From: Guillardia theta CCMP2712
Lineage: Eukaryota > Protista > Cryptophyta
Direction: 5' to 3'
DNA: 64,000 bases
Assembly (NCBI RefSeq): GCF_000315625.1
Contig: NW_005434613.1
Location: 55,998-119,997 of the forward strand
Position 1 is the first letter of the stretch, and each line of letters begins with the position of its first letter. Positions 47,039 to 57,700 of the stretch are shown in pieces. The notes under the pieces are model-generated. The model searched no databases. It saw only the letters and a list, made by a program, of their open reading frames with translations, and had not been told where the DNA came from. The translations under genes and the position numbers were made by a program.

Positions 47039-48233
47039 TCAGTCGAGAACCTCGAGGTCGATCGAGGTTGAGGGACCAGCCGTACTCGCCCCCGTCTTCT
47101 TCAGCAGCCGATAGGCGAAGATGGTGGGGGAGAGGAAGGAGGGTTTGACGAAAGAGAGGTCAAGGGGGGAGACCTGAGCTCCCAAGTCACCCACGACAAA
47201 GGCGGCGAAGCACAGAGCACCTTGAAGTGCTTGACGGCTTCTACCTCGAAGAAACTCCTCCTCATCCTGCCGTCCTTGTCATAGAGCCTCCCAGCCCTGC
47301 CCCCCCCCCTCCCCTTAAAAGAATGACNNNNNNNNNNNNNNNNNNNNNNNNNNNNNNNNNNNNNNNNNNNNNNNNNNNNNNNNNNNNNNNNNNNNNNNNN
47401 NNNNNNNNNNNNNNNNNNNNNNNNNNNTCCTCCTCCTCCTCCTCCTCCTCCTCCTCCTCCTCCTCCTCCTCCTCCTCCGTCGTCACCTCCATCCCCCCGG
47501 GATCGAATCGTCGTCGTGGAACAGCAGTACTTCCGTCCTGTCGTCACAGAGCTGCAGCAGACTTGCGAGCAGAAGGGAGAAGGATGGCAGGAAGAACGTG
47601 AGGTCAGATCCGATGATAGAGCTCCAACGCTCTCTTGACAACTCCTCCTCTTCCTCCCCCCACTCGTGTGACCGGATCTCGACCAACACGTCCGGGTTTG
47701 CTGAGACGTTCTGAGCGAGGTACCACAAGGAGGAGGCCCTGTCTGTCGCCACAACTCGCGATGCTCCCGCACGTGAAGCCGCCATGGCGCCGAGCCCATG
47801 GCTAGATCCAAGCTCGAGGACGTTACGGTGGGAGAAGGAGGTGCGATGCGTCTCGACGTAGTTCATGAGCGTCTGCCCCGAGGCTTTACGGGTGCGAAGT
47901 ACAGGAGCATGCAGGGCTCACCAGTGCTGCAGGCCAGAGGAAGAACTCGCCATCGTTGCCTGCCTGCGTGAGACCGCCGTCAGGTCTGTAGGGGAGGAGG
48001 GACGAGGAAGGACGAAGGGAATCATCGAGGAAGGTATGGGGGAGGATCAGACGAGGAGGAAAGAATAGGGTAGGATCGTCGTGTTGAGGAGTGAGAACCT
48101 TGCAGGGATCCTCGTAGAGGACGTAGGGAGTTGCCAGGAGGGCTGAACTAATCTCGCGCCTCCACATTTTGTGTGTCCCATCGAATAGGCCGAAGGAGGA
48201 GAGCGAGTCTATGCTGTTGACCTCCAACCCCAT
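47039..48233 (-). CDS. SAM-dependent protein lysine methyltransferase, METTL21/family-16-like; multi-exon, N-gap inside
   Basis: G.FLWPAAL, VLELGSSHGLGAM (motif I), VVATD, N, EWG, IIGSDL. C-terminal exon VSPLD...IFAYRLLKK...LEVLD*. Confidence 0.85.
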
Positions 48234-48535
48234 CACATCCAAGTCAAGTCTGCCTTAACATCCTCCTTTCCCCTCTCCATTCCTCTCTCCCTTTCCCTCT
48301 CCCTTCCCCTCTCCCTTCCCCTCTCCCTTCCTCTCTCCCTTCCCCTCTCCCTTCCCCTCTCCCTTCCCCTCTCCCTTCCTCTCCCTCCATGGCGCATTCC
48401 GCACAGATGCGGCAGTGCTACGGCCTGGTGAGTTCAACGCGCCGCGCCGGAGGCCCGGGTGCCGGTGGCCCTCTCCCCCGGCCGGTACCGGGCCCGGGCC
48501 GGGCGCTGGCATGGCGCGGGGGAATTGTCCTGCGC

Positions 48536-48567
48536 GCAGTTAAGTGAAGGTATCAGTTAAGTTTGGG
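48536..48567 (-). promoter_or_regulatory. 32-bp conserved non-coding element (copy 2, inverted)
   Basis: Reverse complement is CCCAAACTTAACTGATACCTTCACTTAACTGC; abuts the GC island 48400-48535. Confidence 0.55.
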
Positions 48568-50023
48568 GGACAGCAGTTGGAAGGAATAGGTTTGGTTCTC
48601 GCTGTCTTTTCTCTTCTCGCCGTTTTGGAAGATTTTTGACTTAACCGTAACAAGTTTGTTTGAGTAGCCAGTGGCAAAGAGAAAAATGCCATGTCAAAGG
48701 GCGGCTGAGCATTGTCTTTACGGTCCGAGTCACCGTGCCTGACCATGAGCCGCGAGTTCCGGGAAGATCCGTGGACACTGGACGTGAGCCTGAGTCCGGA
48801 AATATTCGAGTCACAACTTGCCAAGTTCTGTGCCACGGACTGACGGTGAAACGGCGAGTCGGAAATCAGTGAAGGTGTTCGGAAAGTACCATCATCGAGT
48901 TTGTATCACGACCGGTGACGTGCAACAGCCTGACTCTGAAGCCTACCGTACGGCGTAGTCTATAATTGACTCTGAAGCAGCCGGGCTGCCACTGCAAAAC
49001 TACCCGGCGCCTTGCCACAGCGGCCAGTGTAGATCGGACCCGGCGGGTGTACGGGCGGGCCGGCCCTAGATACTGAACTTGGTGACTGGGAACCGAAAGT
49101 TTACTTCCTACTGGACTGACTTCCCGTAGTGAAAAGTTCACGCTTTAGGGGGTGGGTACCTGGATCATGGCAGGGTCATCGAACGGGGGGGTTATCTGAC
49201 CAGGGTACAAGTCCCAATCAAAAATAGAACATATCAAAGTGGTGGGTACTTTTCTGTCATTTGTACCTGTCTCAAAACATAACAGTGGGTAGGGGTACAT
49301 TACATGGGGATCTGACCACTGTGTGCAGAGGGGGTGAGAAATGGCCTTTCATGGATATGGGGGTAGGTCGACATGGGTGGGTAATTATTGGAGGGGGATA
49401 GGGGTACGTGCTGTGCGTACAAGGGTGGGGTGGGGTGATAATGAGTGATTCCCGAAATAGAAACCAGCCGCCTCTGGTGATGGGCGATGGCAGAGGAAAA
49501 TTGGATGAAGAAGGAGAGAAGAGAGAGAGAAGAGAGAGAAGAGAGAGAAGAGAGAGAGGAGAGAGAAGAGAGAGAAGAAAGAGAGAGAAGCGAGAAGAGA
49601 GAAGGCTGAAAGGATAGCAAGGAAGCATGGGTGAGAGGAGATGAGCAGTACATTGGAAAGAAGAAGAGATTTATCTTGAAGTGCAGCAGGGACATCAAAT
49701 CGGTAGTTTACGTTGGAACAAGAGCTTTGTAAATCTCAATGCTTATATTCTAGAGGTTGTTTCGAATCATCTGCTCTAGAGAGTATGAAACACGTAGTGC
49801 TGATCTTCAAGCAGCGAACTGTGAAACTCTAAATTTTGAGGTAGTCATACATAGCTGCTGTGTCCCGGAACCTGACAGGAAGAACCTATCAATCAGTTGT
49901 TGTTCTGAAGCATCTGTTAGAGTGATTGCTCATGTTTATGCATACAACTAGTATTCTGTGTGTTCCATCACGATGAAGTGCTTCCATGCATGACTGTTTT
50001 CTATGTGCCCAGGTCTCGTTCTC

Positions 50024-51478
50024 ATGGCGATCGGTCAAGCGAGTTCTCACGGGACTGAAATCCCTTCCTATGTCTGCTATGTCGATCAGGGGCAGGACAC
50101 CCGCCGGCGATCCAATGTCAGGCGCGCCATCGTGGCATCGGCTCTTGTTGCCGTCGCTCTTTGCGCTGCGGTCATGCTCATGTTCTCCAAGCAACCGGCT
50201 CCCGCCCGTCGATCCCTCCTGGGTATGACCAAGGCTACTGCTGCTGCCAAGGGCCGCATGGACATCGCGCTTGCTGCCAGGCTGATCAAGGCGGCGCCCT
50301 CGGCGTCTTTTGCGCAGCTCTCGACGATCTTGGACAACTGGAAGAGCAACCAGATTGTGAACTTCGACCGCTCGAGCCAGACGAGCACGCAGATGTTGGC
50401 GTTCTTGCCTGGGAATGTGGAGACAGCTCTGGAGGAATCCGGAAAGCTCTGCGAAAAGAAGGACTTCATCTTCCAGAAGTTCAACCAGCTTCTCAACAAG
50501 CTCAAGGACGAGTCCATCGTGAGAAATCAGACCGACCATGCCGCCTACGTTGCCCAGCAGGAGGCGCTCAAGGCTTGGCTGGATGGTGAGAGCGCTTACC
50601 GTCTTGAGGTAGAGAAGGAGAAGGAGGCCAAGGACGGGGCACAGTTTGCTCGTGCCGAGCTGGAGAAGTGGAAGGCAACTGTGAAGCAGACTGAGGAACG
50701 TCTCACTACCATGACAAAGTCCTACAACGCAGAGAAGGCTGATATTGAATCTGAGAGGTCAGTCTTTGCTCATGCGCATTCCTGCCTCCTCTGTGCTTAC
50801 CCGCTCTGCCAGGGAGCTTCTCAAGGAGATTCTCCGCATCCTCGGCGTTCTTGAGGACCAGCCTCTAGATGATGTGAGTCTCTTGTCCTCCACCTTCCTC
50901 CTCCTTCCTTCTGACTTGCTCGTTCGCTGCAGAGAAGCAAGGAAGCTGGTGGCTACACCGCTCAGAAGCGCGCCCAGGATGTCGCCATGAAGCAGCTCCG
51001 CTCCAAGATTGCTCAGCTGAAGCAGCGTGCGACCCTGGGAGGGCCCCTGCACGTCAAGCAGGTCACGATGCTCCAGCAGAAGCTTGCAAACTTTGCGGAG
51101 ACCGACGAGGTGAGGAAGCTGCTGGAGGCCATGCTGGCGGATCTCGCCACCCGCGAGGAAGTCATCGACAAGGCGTATCAGGAGACTCAGACCGAGCTCG
51201 AGCAGCACAAGGACAAGGTGGTGGAGTACGAGAAGGAGGTCGTGGACCTGTCCAACGCTGCGGACAAGGCGAAGCAGCGAGCGGACGCCAAGGACCTGCA
51301 GCGCCAGGCGCTCAATGGCAAGAAGATCAACTCGGACGAGGAGTACAAGAACGAGCACGCGGAGTACGAGATCGTCGCCACTCCTGCCGAGCGAGCAATC
51401 TACATCCTCCACATGATTATGGAGAAGATCGACGCCTTCTGCAAGAACGGAGGAAGTGCCGCATCCCCGACCGCTTAA
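50024..51478 (+). CDS. Type-II membrane-anchored long coiled-coil protein (paralog A'); 3 coding exons
   Basis: TM AIVASALVAVALCAAVMLMF. Shares LD.W, TQML, LC.K.D.I..KF.QLL.KL, WLD.ES.YRL...KEKEAK.GA.FAR.E..KW and a terminal C..G with 10680-12229. Confidence 0.82.
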
Positions 51479-51794
51479 GCGGATCCCACGGGACCCTCAT
51501 CCTCTATCTTGAAGTTGTACCTCTACCTCTGACCTCTATAAACGTACGAGAATTCCTTGTCCCTCCTCGCTTGCTCGTCGTTCTCCCAGTCTCCTTCCTT
51601 CCTCTCTCTTTTCCCACCATCTCGCTTCAACTCCCTCACGGCAGCTGTTGCCGATGAGGGGCTGGCGAGCAGAAGAACAGCGAGGGAGGGTGAGCAGGGG
51701 ACCTAAAGGGGAGGACGATCATCGGGCTTGTCTTACATGGTTTTGTTAGACCGAAAGAATACAATCACCTGCTAGTAAACAATAACTCTCTATG

Positions 51795-54700
51795 CTACCT
51801 TCTGCCCTGCACCCTCCCCAGCAGGCTTCTCATCAGCTCCTCGTTTCTCCTCGCCAGCTCCTCCTGTCTGTGTTGTCAGCGGCACAAACACCCGCCCCGC
51901 CCCTTCCCCTCCCCCTCTCACGACCTCTATCCTCCCCATTCCATTCCCTTGTCCTCCTCACCGTCTAACACCCTTCTCTTCCCTTCCCTTCCCCTCCCTT
52001 ACGCTCTCCATCTCCCCTTCCTCCCCCCTCCCTCGCTGCTCCTCACGTTGTGAAGGAGAAGTTCATCCATGGAAGTCATGCGCTGCTTTCGCAGCTGCTT
52101 CAGGTCGTCAGCTGGGCTTCAGCTCGGTCACTCCTCTTACCTCGATGGCTCTCCTCGCCTCCTTCACGTTCTCCTTCACTTCCTCTTGGATCGCATTCAG
52201 CCCATGCAGCGATGCCAGCGCAACCTGAGCAGGTGAGGAACTCAAAGTTAGCCCCCTGCCGACGCCTACTCCTCCTCCTCCTCCCCTGCCCCATGCCCCC
52301 TGCCCCCTGCCCCCTGCCCCCTGCCCCCTGCCCCCTGCCCCCTCCTCCTCCCCTGCCTCCTTCTTGTCCTCCTCCTCTGTCACTCGTTTTCTGTGTCTCT
52401 ATCCTCCTCTGATCCATGCCTGCTCCAGGTTTCTCCCTGCCTTTGGTTGTTTCCTCCCCTTTATCCTCTCATCCATCTCGCTTCCTCTTTCGCTCGCTTC
52501 AAGTCACCCTTCGTCTACTCCATTCTTGCTCCAGTCGCTGTCGTCCTTCCTCCCCCTCCCTCTTATCCTGTGTCGTTCCTCTCTCTCCGTCTTATCCTGT
52601 GTCCTTCCTCCCTCTCCCTCCCGTCTCTCTTCTCTTCCTCTTCCTCACCCCGTCGATATCCACGCTTGAGATTCTCGTCGGATCCTCGCCGAGTCCAAAC
52701 GCCATGAAGAAATCTTGAGCCATCGGCCCCATGTGGCGAACCTGATGAGGCTCGGTCAACCTCCTCCCTCCCCCGTCGACTCCTTCTCCAAGACCCGTCT
52801 CCTCCTCCTTCGCCCCGATCCTTCCTCTCTCCCTCTCCTCTTCCTCCACGTTTCTGATACTCTACTCCTGTGCTGTTCAGCTCCTCTCCATCACTTCCAT
52901 CATGAACAGCTCTCCCTGAACTCACATCATCGCCTTGGTATGACCAAGTGCTGATAGGAACCTCCTTCACAAGTTTCTGCGAGAAAGTGAATGGCAGAGG
53001 GAGGGAGGGAAGGGGGTAGGGAGAGAGGGAGAGAGGGAGGGAGCTGGGAGGGAGGGGGAGAGGGAGGGATGGAGGGAGCTGGAAGGGAGAGGAGCAGCAG
53101 GAACAGGAACAGGGCGGGAAGGGAGGTGAGGTAGGAGACAGGCAGGCAGCGGACCTGCAGGACGAGTCTGGGGTTCACTTGTTGGATGTCTTCCTTACTG
53201 TTCCTGTCCGAAAGGACAGACCACGAGCTGCATGCGACGGTCAGTCCCTGCTCCCCCCCTCCCCCCAGCTCACGCCTCACCTGCTCCTCGGCTCCAGCAC
53301 GACGCCCAGCTCCTTCCCAGAGGGGGTGAAGCCAGTCACGAACTTGATGCCTCCTCTTGCCCGCACGTTGAAGGATCCGTCGGCCTTGGAGCTGAAGGGA
53401 GGAAGCGAGCTGTCTCCCGCTACGCTCCCGTCGGTAAAGACGAAGCTCCCGGTGTGCGCGGCAGGGGCCGCGTTGACGCCCAGGGAGACGGTTGTGGCAT
53501 TGGCGAGGAGGCTACTGCACTTGATAACGTACTCCTCCTCCGGGAAGACGATGCTAGACGGCAGGTTGCCAGTGGTGATGACGGTACCGGACACGTCGGG
53601 GAACGAGATAATGTTCTGGCCTGTCGGGGGGGAGATCTCGAACACCGTGCTTCCTGAGGATACATTGGCTATCCCCTCGGAGAACCGCAAGGGGAACCTT
53701 CCGTGGATCACCGATCTCACCTCCACCTTCCCAGCTCGATCCGGGCTGCCTATGGTGATCAGGCTCCCCGCAAACACGAGCTTGCCCAGCAAGTTCGCCT
53801 CCCCGATGACGTTGAGCGACTCTACGACGTCGGGGAAGTTGCCGGTGGTCAAGATGGTTCCGGTCACGTCCGGCAGGGTGATGACGTGGCTACCCGACGG
53901 CTCCTCGACCCCCAGGGAGATGCTAGAGGCGCCCTGGGAGGTTCCAGGGAAGCGGAGGGGGGAGGAACCAGTCAGAACGGCGTTGACCTCCAACAAGCTG
54001 GCGGCTCCCGGCGTGCCAAAGATGACGTCATCGTTTGTGAAGGAGGCGCCTTTGTAGAAGCTCGCCTGCCCGATGAAGGAAGTGGTCTCGAGAACGTTGA
54101 GCATGTTGCCGGTGGTGAGGACAGTCCCGCTGACGTCAGGGAGAGTGAGCAGCCGGTCCTCCGTCGGGCTCTCAACCCCTATGGAGAGGACGTTGTCCGG
54201 CCAGGATCGGTCGGAGAAGGTCAAGGGGACGGAGCCGAGGAACTGAACGTTGAACCTGACGGAGCTCGCAGTCCGCGGATCTCCTATCAGCAAATTTCCC
54301 CCGATCCTCGTCTCCCCGTCCAGGGACGTCACCCCCAGCACCGACACCTCCTCAAATACCTCAGGCAACGTCCCAGCTGTGACGATCGACCCACTGGAGT
54401 CCGGCAGGTGGACGATAGCTGAGGAGGACGGCTCCGGGAGGTGGAGGGTGAGAGTCGACGACGTCCTGTCCTTGTGCACGAAGGCCAGGGGGAACTGCCC
54501 GACCGCAAAGCCCTGCAGCTCGACCTTGGACCCGGGCTGACCGATGGACGAGTTTCCCATGACCAGCAGCTTTTGCTGCACTGCCAAGCTGCTGAACGCT
54601 GACTCCTTGCTAATGTCCTCGAGGTTCCCTGTGGTGATAAGTGTTCCCGTCACATCCGGCACCACCAGCTCTGCCAGGAACGTGTCCTGCTGCTTGTCCG

Positions 54701-57700
54701 GGTACCACCCCTGCTCCGCGCACTTGAACGCCTCGGCTGCCGTCGGGTCCGCCACGATCTTCGACTCGTCCACGAAGTAGGAGCGCTCGCCGCTGAAGAT
54801 GGGCGAGAGAAGCTGCGTTATTTTCCCCTGATGCCACTCCACCTCCGCCAGGTCGCACAGGCTTGCTGCAGCAGGGGAGAGCTGAGGGCCAAGGAACCGC
54901 ATGGAGTCGTAGGAGTGTCCGGTGGAGACGACGAAGCTGGTCCAGACGCCTTCTGGCAGCACGTCCTTGACTACCAGGACGTCCTCCCAGACCTTGTTGG
55001 AGGTGTTGAGCCCTTGTACGACGGCGCCGACGAGGCTGGCAGAGAAAGAGCTTCTGGGAAGGATACGGACCAGCGAGATAACAGTGGGGCTCACGAAGTC
55101 CATCCCCAGCATGCACTGGGTGACTGTCAGCTGGAGGTCAGCTGGGAGCGCCAGGGCTGTCAAATCGAACACGTCAGAGCTGGCAGTCACTGCGGTACCG
55201 CTGGCTGTGGAGGTCTGGAGGGAGAAGAAGGTGGAGGCGTTGCCATCGTATGCGCAGAAAGGGTCGAGAGGAGATAGGCAGGGAGGCGTGTCGGTGGAGC
55301 AATCCTTGGATCCCAGGATGCCGTTGCAAGCAAAGGAGGTTGAGTTGACAGCCACCTGAGGGGGGAACAAGTCAGGCCGGGCTGGTACGCTTGACAAGCT
55401 AGACTACTCACGTCCTTGACAAACCCGACGGATTCGTTGGACGTCTGCTGCCCTGCCCCATTGCATGTGCAAGTGTCAACGTCGTAGGAACTGCAGAGTT
55501 GACGTCCCGACACGTCCAGGCACTGGTAGAGAGTGCGGTTGTACTGGATGATAGCGCGAGCGTACAGCAGGCCAGCCATCTTAGTCCGAGCTACGAAGCC
55601 TTGGCGGATCGCGTAGTAACCGAGTTCATGGTAGTCTGAGATAGAGAGAGATGAGAGTACATTCCGGCAGACAGTCTGATCGATCTGCTGCGTTCCTTCC
55701 ACAGGCACTCTGAGACAACCAGTCAGACAACCATGAGCGAGAAAGTTAGGATGAGGATGAGGATGAGTATGAGGATGAGGATGAGGGTGAGGGTGAAGGT
55801 GAGGAGGTGGTGGCGGTGGAGGAGGAGGGAGCGAGAAACTGATCTCTAGTACCTGAACGCCACCTTCCCCTTCACTCCAACCGGCAGTGACGGCGCGTCC
55901 GTGCTCAGGTAGTCTCGAAGAGCGATGTCGACACCAAACAGGTGCGGAACGGTCAGCTGGACCCGAGCCGGGCCGGAGTCCGGGTTGCTGAATCGCATGC
56001 TGACGTCACCATCGACCCAGGAGAAGAACTCGAGCGAGGAGTAGCTGGAAGCTGAGCCCAAGGAAATGTTGCCCTGGAGATTGACGTCTCCTCCTACGTA
56101 GAGCTGCTCGTTGGGAATGCGAATGTTGGGCAGACCCAACAGGTTCCCAGTGGTCAGGACAGTCCCAGAGACGTCAGGAAAGGTGATGTTGCGCGGTTGG
56201 GTGGCTGGGATGGTGCAGACTTGAGTGTAGGTGGCGTCGTTCTCGTTGATGAGAAAGTTGAAACAGCCACTGATCCGGGACGTGTTCCCCAGGTTGAGGT
56301 AGGAGAAGGTGGGAGAGCCCGGGCTCCCGAAGTTAACCTCACTCTGGATGTCCAGTCCTTGCAGCTCGATGCTCTTGAAGACAAGATCGTCTGTGTTGCC
56401 CGTCGTAATGACCGTCCCCGTCGCGTCGGGGAAGACAAGCCTCCTGTTGCCCCCCAGCGGCACCTGGTTGATCATCCCGTAGGGTGCCGAGTAGGATGGC
56501 AGAACGCCGTCAACTCGCGTGAGTGGAGCAGTTCCCAGCGCTGCAAAGTCAACAATGGTAACAGGATCGCCAGGCTGTCCACCATGCTGGAAGATGAAGT
56601 TGTTCTTGCCTCGAAGGCCCAGCAGGAGATTGATGTCCTCCAAGTTCCCGCTCGTGATCATGGTGCCATTGGCCTCCGGCAGCTCGATCTTGCGCGTTCC
56701 CGTTGGGATGGAGAAGGACAGGCGAGTCGCCTCGTTCCTCATGTAGAAGTGAACGTCAAACTGCTCGTCCTTCTGCAGCCAGCAGTCGGTGGCGCTCGAG
56801 TAGGCCAGAAGGCACTCGCGCGAGATCTTGTTCAACAGATCCCCCTGTCGATACGAGGTCAAAGAAATCTTGACCGGCGACCCCGGCGTGTCGACCGTAA
56901 CGGCCCCGAGTGAAGAGTCTTTGACGACAGTCAAGGTCGGAGGAACTGAGCACTTGGCCTGGACCGCCAGCCTGCTGACTGCTGGATCGCAGCTGGACCT
57001 GGAGAAGCTCTTGATCCTTGCCGTGCCGATCTTGAGCAGGGTAAGGGCATCCTTGGTGAGAGCGACGGTGCAGCCAGCGCCGAGACAGAGATCCTTGAAC
57101 GCTGCCTCGATTTCTGTCGCGTTGCCGCAGCTCCTTGTGCTGGCGTTGTAGAGGCCGCAAACTCCGTCGACGTTCTCTCCCCAAGACACGAAGCTGATGC
57201 TCGAGATCGAGTCTCCACCAGGGCCGTCGCAGGTGATATTGGCGAGTTGAGAAGTGTTGGCAGGCAGCTCAAGGCAGGTGGACACTCGGGTGAGGTAGTA
57301 AGTCTTGTCGCTGTTGAAGTTGGCGTTCCACAAGGACGGGCTGTCCGACCATCCTGAGCAGAACTGGGACGTTGCGCTACCACAGAAAGTAGTTCCACGT
57401 CCCGAGGAGAGAAACTTCCTGGTCGAATGACTCTGGACGATGACGTCACACGTCTTCGAATCGAGGGGGCACAGGCTGATGTCCCAGCAGGGGATCCCTC
57501 CACACTTGACGGGCAGCAGCTCGAACTCAGTCAGAGGGTCGGAAGGGGAGCTGCTGGATTGGGCCAGCCGCAGCACTTGGCAGTCTGACCTCAGATACCA
57601 CTGGGATATTGGGCAGCTCTTACTGGTGACGATGAGATTGTTTCCGTTGCCGTCCTTCATCTGAACCCTGTAGTACCGAGAGGCGAGCACCAGTCCGCAC

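Noticed and set aside
53179-54057. 292-aa plus-strand ORF and other antisense ORFs over long CDSs
   Set aside because: Shadow ORFs from GC3-rich codon usage on the opposite strand; no independent motifs.
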